Positions 15,531 through 30,537 of a stretch of 64,000 nucleotides of DNA are shown here, piece by piece. The notes beneath the pieces were generated by a model, which saw nothing but the letters and a program-made list of their open reading frames with translations, was not told the DNA's origin and searched no databases. A program made the translations under genes and the position numbers. Numbering within the stretch: the first letter of the stretch is position 1; every line of letters begins with the position of its first letter. The DNA lies in contig OX597830.1 in the NCBI GenBank assembly GCA_951406725.2, positions 6,262,001 to 6,326,000 of the forward strand. The letters run 5' to 3'. Source of the DNA: Octopus vulgaris. Lineage: Eukaryota.

Positions 15531-15543
15531 AATAATAATAATG

Positions 15544-15576
<33 letters not shown>

Positions 15577-15621
15577 TCAATAAAAATAATAATAATATTA
15601 ATAATAATAATAATAATATTA

Positions 15622-15663
<42 letters not shown>

Positions 15664-15665
15664 TC

Positions 15666-15701
<36 letters not shown>

Positions 15702-15755
15702 CAAGATAAAAATAATAATAATAATAATGATAATAATAATAAAAATAATAATAAC

Positions 15756-15818
<63 letters not shown>

Positions 15819-15925
15819 CAAGATAATAATAATAATAATAACAATAATAATAATAATAATAATGATAATAATAATAATAATAAAAATAATAAAAATAATG
15901 ATGATGATGATGATAATAATAATGA
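15531..15925. repeat. ~400-bp degenerate (AAT)n microsatellite
   Basis: Seen directly. Confidence 0.95.
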
Positions 15926-16304
15926 TAGCCAGGATAATAGGGAGAAGGAAAATGATGTTAATGGAAGAGGCTAGAAATATTATTAAAAACAAAAGGACGA
16001 AGGATATAAATAAAAATCTAGAAAATTTGTACTTGAATCATTATAAATTGACTGTGAACTAACTGGCTTTCATTTACCACCATTTTATTTTTATGGGTAC
16101 CAGCCTCGATTTCGTACTCAGTCAACTTATAAACAAAACACTCGCATAGACAGATATAGGCACATGCAGGCACATATACACACATTCACACACATGCACA
16201 AAAAAGTAAGCTCCAGTCAGGGTCCTCAACATGAATCTATTGATATCAACAAAGATTTGTGTATCTCTACATATATAATACACATAAGTTTGCATATATA
16301 TTTT

Positions 16305-16392
<88 letters not shown>

Positions 16393-16461
16393 TATATATA
16401 TATATGTATATATAAATATATATATATACTCATAAATACATACGCAAAATCAGAGATATGT

Positions 16462-16511
<50 letters not shown>

Positions 16512-16621
16512 TGCATATATATACATATATATGTATAAAATATAAACACAACTACCTTTTATAGCTATAAACATTATAACTATATCTATATATGTATGTG
16601 TGTATCTATCTACACACACAC

Positions 16622-16672
<51 letters not shown>

Positions 16673-16859
16673 CAGTTCCGTTATAGTTAGAATCAACAAA
16701 AAAGTACTCCATCTAGTGTGAGATAAATATCATTTAATGTACACTATTTACAAAAATATTACTAATAGTTTCATGATTTAGAAATACAATAAATTCTCAG
16801 ATTTCTTTAACATGCTGTGCACCTCCTCCTAATCTTTCAATTTTGGTGCATATTGCTGG

Positions 16860-17200
<341 letters not shown>

Positions 17201-18026
17201 ATGTTGAGTACATCGTTTCATATGGAGCACAAGTACACAATGGAATAAAGTATAAGGAATGTTAATAGGGACATTTTTACAAGAGCAACAGAGTCGTGTG
17301 GACGGGCGAAAAGTGTTAGTTGTATAACACACACAAACACATTTGTGTGTATGTGAGTGTGTATGTATGTCTGAATGTTTGTCTATATGTGTCTGTCTCT
17401 GTGCGCGTGTGTGTGTGTGTTTGTGTGTATGTGTGTGTGGGACTGTATATCTGTAGATATACATATAGATAGGTATATGCATTTGTATGTATGTATATAT
17501 ATGTATATATATGTATATGTGTATATGCGTGTGCGCGTGAAGGTGGGTGTTTATGTGTGTCTGTGTATATGTGTCAGCGTATATGTCTCTGTGTATTCTC
17601 GCGTTTAGTTCCGGGATGTATTTGTGGGTGGGGGAACTTATACACATGTCGCACCTATTTTATCCACATACTTATCATTTATTTTTTTTTTACATATTTT
17701 AAGTTATTTTACCAATGAAACGCAATTTTGAAATTTCAAAGCCACTCTATAAAACCAAAAACATTTGTAAACCATCGAACAAATAAAGACAGCTATGTAG
17801 CAAGGTACAACATGTATTTATAGACACTTTAAAAGCTCTAAAATCTGATTATGTGAGACAGGATATTTGAAGAACTAACAGATATGTAGCATTCATTCCG
17901 ACATAAAGGCACTTATGACGAAGAAACAAGCGAGCTCTCGTTTGCTTGCTTTCTAGCACTAAGTGTACACAGGCAGGCATATATATATATATATTCAGCG
18001 ATATGCGAGTGCGTGCGTGTGTGTAT

Positions 18027-18057
<31 letters not shown>

Positions 18058-18154
18058 CCTGTTAGTACATGAAATCTTGCTACAAAATAATGGCATTGAA
18101 TTTATCTCCTTATATATATATATATATTTATATACATATATTTTTATATATATA

Positions 18155-18211
<57 letters not shown>

Positions 18212-18368
18212 ATATATATACATATTCATATACTCGTCTATAAGGCTAATAGTTATGATAATGATGATAGCAACAATAACAAAAAGAACGAAATTAATTG
18301 TAATATTATGATTATTATTATTATTATTATTATTAATAATAATAATAATAACAATAATGATGATGATG

Positions 18369-18463
<95 letters not shown>

Positions 18464-19764
18464 TTAATAATTTCATTCGGGTATTAATGATATATACACA
18501 TATTGAGAGATTGAGAGATTGAGGGAGGGAGACAGGAAGAAAGGGTGAGAGGGAGTGAGGGAGAGAGATGTATGGAATATTGTTACAAAATACATGCATA
18601 CTCCATCTGAGATTCTATTCTAAGCACATTAATATAGCATAGACATTAAATGTATTCTTCAAATAGCGGAACGTTTGATATTTGTGTTGCATATAGCACG
18701 ACATATTAACCTGTCTCGTTAAATGTCGTCAGATGAACGAGAACATACGTGAACGTGGTCTCTCTCTTCCTCCTCTTTCATCTCTGAATACAATTCTAAA
18801 CCAATACAGTGAAGAAATATAATAAAGAGAACTAGAATCAATATATGGGACAATTAATTCCATTCTACACCAACAATCGATGGCTTTGAGACACCTTTGA
18901 TCCTATCATAAACAGCAAAGCTCACATCAGATTCTTCTCTGTGACACAAATATTTCACAATTTATTTCCAATCCACCTTTGCTGTTAAAGCTACACTCTC
19001 TGTTCCGAATTGGGTGTGAAAGATCTTGAATGTGCTTACCTGAACACTACACCACCCAGAGCACTTCTCTCTTACCAAGCTACCACCGACATAAACTTCT
19101 ATATTTTTTGTCCGAATTACAAGTCTACTTTCTGCCTTCTTTTATGTCTCTACGACACTGAGAGATTCTCCACCCAATAACAATTATTCTAATATCTCTT
19201 TCCGATCATCGAGGACAGTTTTTCACAAAAGCTGTCATTTTATATACATCACACTCAAAGATTTCATTGTACAACATAAAGCCACTTGCCATTCCAATAA
19301 AACCAATATTACTTCATCATTTCAGATGCAGAAACCGAAAGCATTCCCAGTTTTTAGCTGTCAATGCAAGTTACTGCCATAAACAAGCTGGACACTTAAA
19401 CAATACACCGACCATTCAAATTCCTGAAAGATGTTCTTCGACCAGACGTTCGCAATGACAGTGCTGACACAGCCGTGTTTTTGCTCACGTATTAAATGGA
19501 AAGAGAGCAAAGAGTTATGATCTGCATAGCATATGCAGTGCAGGCAGAAATATAAGCTCGATAACAGGAGTTGCAAAGCTGCGGGTGCAACACCGGAAAC
19601 ATTTGTGAGACAATGAAAGACACTTTGAACATCCCACTGAAAAACTACGAATGAGCGTAGAAACATTTCTGGTCTCATTGAAAGCATTAATTTCCATTAT
19701 TAGATTTTATTTCACTTGGTTAATGTACACATAAAATAATAATAATAATGATAATGATAATAAC

Positions 19765-20273
<509 letters not shown>

Positions 20274-20298
20274 TAATAATAATAATAATAATAATAAT

Positions 20299-20829
20299 AT
20301 GGAATAACAACAGAAAAAAGATGGTATAGGCACACACCAGAAAAGGTCACAGAAAACGAGAAAGCAACCATACTCTGGGATATGCCGATACACACAGATA
20401 GAGAAATTAAGGCCAACAGACCAGATATAGTTGTCAGAGATCATGAAGAAAAAAATGCTTTCTAATTGATGTATCAATACCGGCAGATGACAACGTGTCT
20501 CTAAAAGAAATGGAGAAACTCTCAAAATACAAAGACCTGGAAATAGAGGTAACTAGAATGTGGAACCTGAAAACGGAAACAATTCCTATCATAGTAGGTG
20601 CATTAGGCATGATAAAAAAATATTCAGACAAATACATAACAAAAACACCAGGACTTACAAACACATAACATACAGAAAATTGCACTACTAGGCACTGCAC
20701 ACATCCTACGCAGAACACTTTCCATACAATAACCATCAGAGCATCACAACAAATCACAGCACATACCCAAGGCACACAGAGCTGCGCTCGGTAGTGAAGT
20801 GAAAGCACGCTATAAAAATAAAACTACTG
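20299..20829 (+). mobile_element. R4/Dong-type LINE 3' end (subfamily A, longer copy) in (AAT)n
   Basis: WYRHTPEKVTENEKATILWDMPIHTDREIKANRPDIV...KYKDLEIEV. The last ~300 bp are nearly identical to 19828-20130. Confidence 0.88.
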
Positions 20830-20839
20830 AATAATAATG

Positions 20840-20917
<78 letters not shown>

Positions 20918-20918
<1 letters not shown>

Positions 20919-21679
20919 GCAACAAAATGAAACCATTGACCATGTGGCCTCCAAGTGCAGTCTTCTAGCGCCTACAGAATATCTCAACAGGCACGATAGA
21001 GCTGCACAATATATTCACTGGGTAATCTGTAAAAACCTGGATTTGCCGCATGAAAAAAACTGGTGGGAACACAAACCACCCCCAGTGCTTGAAAATGACC
21101 ACATCTCACTCCTCTGGAACTTCGCCATTCAAACTGACAGAAAGATAGATGCAAATAGGCCAGACATCATATTGAAAGACTTCAAACAAAGAACATGCCT
21201 CCTCATTGATATGACTGTCCCAATCGATATAAACGTATCTGTCAAGACCTACCAAAAACTGAGCAAATATAAAGATCTTGAAATAGAAATCAGCAAAATG
21301 TGGAAGCTGAAGACTAAAACAATACCTGTTGTCATAGGTGCCCTGGGAATGATAGCAAAAGGGGCAGATAGCTACCTAACTCAGATACCAGGAAACCCAA
21401 AAATGGCAGAAATTCAAAAGATAGTGCTCATGGGAACTGCTCATATCCTACGCAAAATATTTTCTATGTAATCTCAAGGTTTAAAACAAACATAATTTTC
21501 GGTTTAAAAAAAAAAAAAAATTTTTTTTTTAGACATTCATTAGTACAACACCCCCACCCCCCAAATATATGGCACACTAGGCATAACAACAACATGAACT
21601 TCCAACCCTGTTGTCTCTTGAGGTCTCTGGGTGAGACTTGGAGCCAACTTGTACAAATATAAAGCAAAAGTCAAACATA

Positions 21680-21680
<1 letters not shown>
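20918..21680 (+). mobile_element. R4/Dong-type LINE 3' end (subfamily B), RLE domain open for 175 aa
   Basis: ETIDHVASKCSLLAPTEYLNRHD..IHWVICK..WWEHKP..LLWNFAIQTDRKIDANRPDII..IDMTVP..KYKDLEIEI..IPVVIGALG..LMGTAHILRK*, followed by a distinct 3' UTR and (AAT)n. Confidence 0.9.
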
Positions 21681-21774
<94 letters not shown>

Positions 21775-21777
<3 letters not shown>

Positions 21778-22351
21778 GCCCTGATGCAGTACTAAATGCC
21801 CTGATGCAGTACCAGGCAGAGGCTCTCATGGCTTCTGATCTTAACTGATTGGAAGTGTTATCATGTACATTGTTTTGTCTTGGTATAAAAGATGGGCTAC
21901 AGCAAATATTCTGCTCAATACCACAGATTTGCTTGTCAGTTGTTTGATCTTAACCAGTTGAGCATGTCCCTTAGTGGCTGACGATATGTGCATCTCTGAT
22001 CACGAGCAGAAGTAGTGGGGGAGCATCATAGCCATGTGTTGAGAAGGATTCTTTGGGGTTTGAATAATTCACCTCTGGAAACATGGGTGTTTCGTTCAAC
22101 GTCCTTAAACAACCCTTATTCAGGGACCTTTTGAGCGGGATGGGTTACTCGATCTGAAGAAAATTCTAACTGGGCTCCACCTGCAAGGTCATGTGCTGTT
22201 TATCTTGATATGAGATCATCATATCGCGCACATATGGTTGTGATGCATGTGCCTGGTGTACCCTTATCAGACGGGTAGTCATGATGGGTATACTGGACTT
22301 CGTATATTTTACCCCAGTGTCACTTTGATGGCATGCTCTGCTCGCTCACTC
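21775..22351 (+). mobile_element. ~560-bp non-coding interspersed element inserted in (AAT)n
   Basis: Nearly identical to 42594-43151. Starts ATGCCCTGATGCAGTACCAGG (first 20 bp tandemly duplicated here) and ends CTCACTC(AAT)n. No recognisable ORF. Strand assignment is arbitrary. Confidence 0.8.
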
Positions 22352-22415
<64 letters not shown>

Positions 22416-22560
22416 GCCTCTTTGGCACGGCCAGGATAATCAGGAAAGTATTAGATAGCTGAAAAGAACGAATAGCATGAGACCGTAGGATGCAGGTAGT
22501 AAGCCCGCTACACATGCAAGACTCCAGGAGCTCCAACACAACCTGTGATAAAGACAAAAT
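22416..22560 (+). mobile_element. Very short R4/Dong-type 3' end (subfamily C)
   Basis: Reads LFGTARIIRKVLDS* directly after (AAT)n, then a short UTR and an AAT-like tail. Confidence 0.65.
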
Positions 22561-22596
22561 AATAGCAATAATGATAATAATAATTGTTATCATCAT

Positions 22597-22747
22597 TGCC
22601 TTTGCATAGCTTCTAACCCTGGAGGTGTACTACAGTGTCAGCTGTTCACTACCAGTGAACTAAGGTAACACCTCTTAATTTTCGAGCACCTTCCGGAGTA
22701 TTCGATCGGTTCCAAGCAGTGCTGTAAGTGCTCCACCCTTATTGCAG
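22597..22747 (-). mobile_element. Short R4/Dong-type 3' end (subfamily D), opposite orientation
   Basis: Reverse strand reads IRVEHL..ALLGTDRILRKVLEN* plus a UTR ending in ATG/ATA repeats. Confidence 0.6.
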
Positions 22748-22863
22748 CCCCTATTGTGTACTACTACCACATTTTTCATCGACCACAATTGCTTAACCGC
22801 CCAACCTAACCTGTCATATCTATCAACTTTTGGTGTTTTTCCTTTTTATTATTATTATTGTTG

Positions 22864-22895
<32 letters not shown>

Positions 22896-22936
22896 CGTTG
22901 TGGTGTCGTCGTCGTCGTCGTTATTATTCTCTCATA

Positions 22937-23155
22937 AGGCGACGACCTGGCAGAATCATCAACACGCCGAGCAGAATGCTTAGTTGTATCTCGTCCGTCT
23001 TTACGTTCTGAGTTCAAATTCCGCCGATGTTGACTTTGCTCTTCGTCCTTTCGGAGTCGATAAAATAATTACCAGTTGAATATTGGGGTCGATGTAACCG
23101 ACTATGACCTCTACCACAAAACAAATTGATGGCCTTGTGCCAAAATTTGAACCTA
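22937..23155 (+). mobile_element. SINE family 2, tail-B type; other decayed copies at ~5276-5740, 8140-8270, 13420-13620, 26130-26320, 33407-33615, 39440-40160, 43167-43325 and 50688-50880
   Basis: Shared CTGAGTTCAAATTCCGCC and CCTTTCGG.GTCGATAAA motifs. Confidence 0.7.
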
Positions 23156-23704
23156 CCATAATACTTGTATTTCTTTAGATATTAAGATTGAAAAAACTGA
23201 TATTAAAAATAACAAAACTTGGACTTGGCTTTGCACTCACAAACCAGATTCTGTTCCCGCACTTATGAATAAAAAGGCTCAAGAGATAGAAGGTAGGTTA
23301 ACCACGATTCTGAACTGTAGAGGAAGGTACATATATATAAACATCGGTCTCATGCTATTCGTTTCAGCAGTCTGCCCACTGAAATGATTGCTTTTACGTG
23401 AGTATTGTAACAGTTGTTGTTTATGAAATAATAGAACACACGTTTCATACGATCTGAATCCAATAAAATAACACAGATCACGAAAAACTTCTTCTACAGA
23501 ATCATCAGTAAACAATAAAGCCACAAAAAATATATTCGTACATCAACATTTTATACGATAACATGTCACGTACTCTCAGGCTATTCGTAACCGACGCTCA
23601 ACATCAGGAACTCACACAAGCCGCGAGTTTCAAACAATTAAAACTGAATAATCGAATTCGTTTTGCACAACGCATAACCTACACAACAACCGATACAACA
23701 ATTC

Positions 23705-24335
23705 TTTTATTCTTTTATTCTTTCCTTTGTTTCAGTCATTTCACTGAGGCCATGCTGGAGCACCGCCTTCAGTCGAACAAATAGACCCCAGGACTTATTC
23801 TTTGTAAGCCTCGTACTTATTCTATCTGTATCTTTTGTCGGACCACTACGTTACGGGGACAGAAGCACACTAGCATCTGTTGTCAATCGATGGTGGGGAA
23901 CAAACACAGACAAAACATACACACATATATATATGTAATATATAGTGTACATTTAAACACAAAAGGGATCCACCCGTGGAATTCAACACGCTAGAAAGAA
24001 CAGCTAGCTCTTCTTTCTAGCGTGTTGAATTCCACGAGTGGATTCCACGGGTGTACACTATATATTATGACTAATTCATAGTCTTTTGGGACAAAATTTT
24101 AACACGTTAGACCACTAGAAGTGAAAATTTTAATTAATTTTCCATTTCCCTTTGATATGTTTAAGTATATATATATATATATACGACGGCCTTATTTCAG
24201 TTCCCATCTACCAAATCCACTCACAAGGCTTTGGTCGCCCGAGGCTATAGTAGAAGACACTGGCCCAAGTTGCCATGCAGTGGGACTGAACCCGAAACCA
24301 TGTGGTTGGTGAGCAGTCTACTTACCACACAGCCA
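23705..24335 (-). mobile_element. SINE family 1, split by a foldback insertion
   Basis: Tail half ~23705-23920, head half ~24183-24335. Confidence 0.75.
23936..24067. repeat. Foldback element inside the internal (TA)n of a SINE
   Basis: Perfect 25-bp arms at 23976-24000 / 24011-24035, plus outer 16-bp arms TAATATATAGTGTACA / TGTACACTATATATTA. Confidence 0.8.
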
Positions 24336-24713
24336 CAAGCACACACAGATCATACCAAACAGCATCTCATCCTCCTGACAGATGTACCACTACTCACGTT
24401 GAATATATTCCACACCAAATATCTTCAAATGGCCCGTTTGGAACAAAAATTATCCCTGGCCCTCACACAACCCATTAGTAACAAAAGCAGTGATTTTGCC
24501 ACAAAATTTCCGTAAAATGATCCTCTTGAAATGTATTTGAAGAGAAAAGCTTTAAAACTTTTATTCCTAGGAAAATGGTGACTTTGAGACCGCCTTTTCA
24601 TTGTTTGAAACTAAATATTTAAGTATAGGGGTGGACCAAGTATTTTGTTTATACAAAGAGTATTCGGCACGTGTTTACATTTATTTTTTGTAATAATTAA
24701 TAGACCATAGCCT

Positions 24714-24858
24714 GAGGCTGGCTGCATGGTAAGACATTTGCTTCCCAACCGCATGGTTCTGGGTTCACTCATAATGTACGGCATCTTGGACAAGTGTCTT
24801 TTACTATAGACACGTAGTGACCAAAGCCTTGTGAGTTGGAAATTGAAAGAAGCACGTC

Positions 24859-24923
<65 letters not shown>

Positions 24924-25180
24924 TTGTGTTATATATATATATATAGTGCACGTGTGTATGTGTGTGTGTTTTAGTGTGTGTGTGTGTGTGTGTGTGTTTG
25001 TAGTCCATTTCACAATCGGTGCTATTTCTCTATGTCTCTGTAGCTTAGCAGTTCGACTAAGAAGACCGATAGAATAAGCACAAGACGGATAAGTTCTAGG
25101 GTCTATTCACAGAAGATCTTTAATGTGATGCTGCCCCAGCATGGTCCACACTAATGACTGAAACAAGCAAAACATAAAAG
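24714..25180 (+). mobile_element. SINE family 1, diverged, with expanded internal (TA)n(TG)n
   Basis: Head TGGCTGCATGGTAAG and tail CCCCAGCATGG..AATGACTGAAACAAG. Confidence 0.7.
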
Positions 25181-25423
25181 ATAAACCTCCTAGATCTAAT
25201 TACTGTGACTGCAGCGACACCACTTGCACCAACATTCTATTCCTGATTGGAATATTGTCCTAATTAAGCTAATACCATCTTTAATTAAAGTGCTTCTAAT
25301 TTTGGAGGATTTTCTTAAAACCCCAAAAAGAAGGTATTTTATTTTCCTCTAGCAGCCTAAAGCACAATCGAAATGTGTTTATTGCCAATCATTACTTAGA
25401 ATGTGTTGTCATATACGATAATA

Positions 25424-25815
25424 AGGCAGCAAAGTGGAAGAATCGTTTGCGCGCTGGACAAAATCCTTAGCGCTATTTCGTCTGCCGCTATGTTCTGTGT
25501 TCAAATTCCGCCGAGGTCGACTTTGTTTCTCATCCTTTCGGGGTCGATTAAATAAGTACCAGTTACGCACTGGGGTCGATATAATTGACTTAATCCGTTT
25601 GTCTGTCCTTGTTTGTCGTCTCTTTGTGGGCAGTAAAGAAATAGGTATTTCGCCCGTCGCTACGTTCTGAGTTCAAAATCTGCCGAGGTCGAGTTTGTCT
25701 TTCATCCTTTCGGGGTCGATAAATTCAGTACCAGTGAAGCCCTGGGATCGATGTCATCGATAAGACCACCCACTTCTCCAAATTCCAGGCCTTGTACCTA
25801 TAGTAGAAAGGATTA
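25424..25815 (+). mobile_element. SINE family 2 dimer
   Basis: One head and two core units joined at AAAGAAATA|GGTATTTCG. Confidence 0.8.
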
Positions 25816-26519
25816 TATACAAAAGTTCATCTGGCAGATTCGTTCGCACTCCGGACAAAATACGGGTTACGTACATTTCAATTGTCCATAATGGATTGTC
25901 TTTCATCATTCTTTCTCCTATTTCCGTGATTAGACTGGGGCCATGGTGGGGCACCACTTCGAAGTGCTTTAATGGAAACAGTCCACCCCCGTACTTAATA
26001 TTTTTGAAGTCTTGTACTTATTCGGTCGTTTTCTAATGCCAAACCTCTAAGTAACATAAGTAACATAAGAGAAATTGAAACCGTCTAGAGATACGGAATT
26101 ACACTCAGAAATTAACATACGAAAGATTATACTTTTGGCATACACACCCTCAGCAATTTCGGGGGAAGGGATAAGTTGACCACAGTACTCAAATGGCACT
26201 TATTTTATCAACACCAAACTGATGAAAGTCAGAGCAACCTCAGCGGAATTTGAACTCAGGACGTAAATTTGAATTCATATCTAGGCATTGTGCCCAGCGT
26301 GCTAACGGTTCTGCCAGTTCATGTCTTTGAGGTCGGTCCATTTCCTATAAAGAGCAGACAAATATCTCTCGAATAATGACCCGTAATTACTTAAATACAA
26401 AAAAGACTCATAAGAAAATGTAGCTTTAAGTCTAAAACGATCAGAAAATAGGACTGAAATAGTTTTTCAATAGTTCCGGTCAGTCAAGTTAACCCAGAAC
26501 TAAAAAACAGCAACACCAG

Positions 26520-26552
<33 letters not shown>

Positions 26553-26773
26553 CGACACTACAACAACAAGAATAATGTCTATCTGCTCCATTGTCACCTC
26601 AACGAAAAAAGTACTTGTATAGACAGTTGCTTCAGAAAAGAAAGAAATTCCATTATATAATATGCTGGCTGTTTGTTCACGACCATCACAAGACTCTATG
26701 CAACTATTACACACAGAGCTATGCGGCAGTACAAAAAAGAAAGGAATATATATATATATGAGAGACAGAGAGA

Positions 26774-26811
<38 letters not shown>

Positions 26812-27029
26812 TCTGTTTTTTTGGTGGAGTTTTTTAATTTTTATTTATATTGCTGAATACGAAAATTAGAAATTTAGGAACAAAACAACCCAGGCAGCAA
26901 AAAGCGGTATTCAAAACAAGCTTTTTTGTTTTCTCCCTCTTCAGCTAATAAAATGTCTGTCTCTTTTGCTCTTGTCACTTGTTGTAGACGTTCTCTGGTG
27001 TATTCAAATAACTAGCCACCAGCAATATA

Positions 27030-27085
<56 letters not shown>

Positions 27086-27089
27086 GTAT

Positions 27090-27153
<64 letters not shown>

Positions 27154-27207
27154 ATATACGTATATATGTATATATATTTATATATGTATATGTATATATA
27201 TGTATAT

Positions 27208-27265
<58 letters not shown>

Positions 27266-27585
27266 TGTATACACACACATACGTGTGTGTGTATGTATGT
27301 ATGTATGTGTGCAGAATTATATGTGCATGATGAACTCTCCTATCGGTTTCGACGTATATGTGTGTATATACATATATATATATATATATATATACTTACG
27401 TATATATGTATGTATATATATATATGAGTGTGTGTGTGTGTGTGTCTATGAGTGTGTGTATGTGTTTATATGTATTTATAATTGTATACACATACCTGAT
27501 GCATACATACATATGTATGTATCTAAGTTAGTTATATATGTGTGTATGAACGTATATAATAATTGTAAAAGCATACGCACACACT

Positions 27586-27623
<38 letters not shown>

Positions 27624-27970
27624 CTAACACTAGCTAATGAAACTTATAAACATTCATATGATGTTTGATAAGACACAGTAAATAAAACGCTTCTCATTAT
27701 CGCCATTCGCTATACAACTCCATCGGCCTGTTCCCTGTTTTACAGCCATTGTCAATCCGTATGGTTTACAGAGGTAATTGTACACAGTTATGGCGTTAAT
27801 TGTTATGCTATGGGAACCAGTAAAACCCCGGATATTCAGCTCTTTTACCGATATTTTATCTATTTTAGCAGAAACATTACTGAGTTCGATTAACCGATAA
27901 AAGTACTTAATGGAACGGAAAGCTATTATGCTTTATATAATTCATACACACGCATGCGTACACATGCATG

Positions 27971-28054
<84 letters not shown>

Positions 28055-28123
28055 TATACATACATATATATACGTATATATATAATATACCTATATATAT
28101 AATATATATATATATATATATTA

Positions 28124-28170
<47 letters not shown>

Positions 28171-28182
28171 ACATTTATATAT

Positions 28183-28220
<38 letters not shown>

Positions 28221-28287
28221 ACATATATATATATATACAAATATACGTATGGCAATATGTGTATATATATATATGTATATATATATG

Positions 28288-28329
<42 letters not shown>

Positions 28330-28513
28330 GGGGGGGATGGATGGATGGATGTGAGTGTGTGTGAGTGTATCTGTGTGGGCAATTCTATTATGCAAATATG
28401 CTTATGCGTTTCCCGATAAACAGATACATAAAATAAACATTATATATATACAGACAGGTGTACATATACACATACACTCATACATATATGCATACATACA
28501 TAAAAGCACAAAG

Positions 28514-28551
<38 letters not shown>

Positions 28552-29112
28552 ACGCACACATACATACACACACATGCGTATATATATATATATATATATT
28601 TGTGTGTGTGTGTGTATATGAATGCACACACTCGATGTAGTTATAAATGTGCCTGTGTATGGTCTGTTTATATCCTTTGAATGCCTCCTACATACGAATA
28701 ACCGGTCTCTTATTAACAAAACAGAGATCCAACATTTGAATTCAGGCAGGAAGATTTTATACAGTTATTTGTGTAAAAGTCACGTACCTACCTACGTATA
28801 ACAAATCTCTTTGAATATTTTCGCTTCGCTGATTGGAATAAACCAATCATGAATGAAGCAATATGTTCACATGCTCCACAACACAAATTCTTCAAGGTTA
28901 CCAAATTATATTTCTGCTGGGGTCATTAAGTACAGCAAATATTATAGTTATGGATGTGAAGCAATAAGCAGAATATAGAATGACTTTTGTGGTTTCTCAA
29001 CCAAATACCTTCACGGGTTTCTTTTTTGTTGCGACATGAGAGAGAGAAGCACCGTGTCGCTGCTGTTGCAATTGTTGATGCCGCTGTTGCATTTGGCATT
29101 ACTGCTGCTACT

Positions 29113-29143
<31 letters not shown>

Positions 29144-29223
29144 CAGCAGCAGCATTAGTAGTATTAATGGTGGTAGTGGTAGTAGTAGTAGTAGCAGTTG
29201 CGGCAACAATAGTAGCATTAGTT

Positions 29224-29254
<31 letters not shown>

Positions 29255-29264
29255 TAGTAGTAGC

Positions 29265-29322
<58 letters not shown>

Positions 29323-29923
29323 TTTGTTGTTTTCAGCCCCAGGTCAGCCTAATTGAACAGGCCTATGAATTATGTAAATTCAGTTGTGATCAGACTTTCC
29401 TTTTTTCTTTTAGTTTTTAGGTTTTTGTAGAACTTTTTTTTATTTAATGCGTTTTCTTTTGTATTAAAATATTTAGGTATGTTCTCTGAGGGAGATATGA
29501 TTGTTCTTTCTAACGAACAGAGCAATCATGTTGAGACTCCGTCTTGGTGGGAAGGCTTCTCTCTGTCGTCGTAGAATTTTATCTCTACGTTAACAGATGT
29601 TTGGCAAATGTCTAAAGCTAATAGCTCTCAGCTCTGTTGCATTGTTACTTCGAGAAATACTTTACTGTAATGTATCCCAAATGATTTCCTTCTTGTCTTT
29701 CAATATTCCACAGTATATTTTAAAAGAAATAAACTAAGTTGCCCCATGAATTATTTGATCAACTTTTGTCATTGATTTTCAAAGTGTTTCCTTATTTTAT
29801 TTTATTCTATTTTATTTTATTTACATATTGGATTCATTGATTTTCTTCTCTAGGTGATGATAAATGCAAATCCACTCGGAATGCCTTCTATAATTTAGAC
29901 TGTAAGCAGGTCATCTGGTCATT

Positions 29924-30156
29924 AGGGCGGCGAGCTGGCAGAAGCGGTAGCACGCCGGGCGAAATGCTTAGCGATATTTTGTCTGCCGTTACGTTCTGAG
30001 TTCAAATTCCGCCAATGTCGACTTTGCCTTTCATCCTTTCGGGGTCGATTAAATAAGTACCAGTTACACACTGGGGTCGATATAAACGACTTTATCCGTT
30101 TGTCTGTCCTTGTTTGTCCTCTCTGTGTTTAGCCCCCTTGTGGGTGGTAAAGAAAT
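29924..30156 (+). mobile_element. tRNA-derived SINE family 2 (Meta-domain-like core), monomer with 16-bp TSD
   Basis: GGCGGCGAGCTGGCAG..GAGTTCAAATTCC..GACTTTGCCTTTCATCCTTTCGGGGTCGA..AAGTACCAG. AGGTCATCTGGTCATT is duplicated at 29908-23 and 30157-72. Confidence 0.88.
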
Positions 30157-30396
30157 AGGTCATCTGGTCATTTTGAAAGCCACTATTAGGGATGACAAAG
30201 ATTTGTGTCTAGTGTTCTCAAAGGTATTCGTTGAGGTTTACGTTTGATAATTCCAAAATATGAACCGTTAGCTGATTTTAGACAAATATTATTTGATGAC
30301 AGAGGAATGAATTCATTTAGTTAATTAGCCAGGCTAAGAGAAGAATTGGAAAATTACTATTTTTAAATCTCACAACGAGAGATATTCAGCAACAGT

Positions 30397-30537
30397 ACTT
30401 TTGTAGTAAAAATTGTTTGCCAACATAACGTGTCGTATGGCCCGCTGGAGACGATGTCTTCTGGGGCTAAATTACAGCAACATTCGTCTTAAACCAGGGC
30501 TGCCATGTTATGTTGGCAAATAATCTTTACTATAAGT
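30397..30537. repeat. Imperfect foldback
   Basis: GTAGTAAAAATTGTTTGCCAACATAACGTG pairs with CATGTTATGTTGGCAAATAATCTTTACTAT. Confidence 0.65.

Noticed and set aside
21795-21820. Similarity of the element's terminal hairpin (CCTGGTACTGCATCAGG on minus) to U2 snRNA stem-loop IV
   Set aside because: The match is under 20 nt and no other U2 sequence is present.
26596-26650. Possible minus-strand micro-exon (polypyrimidine-AG ... GAG|GTGACA)
   Set aside because: The signals are weak and there is no supporting coding context.
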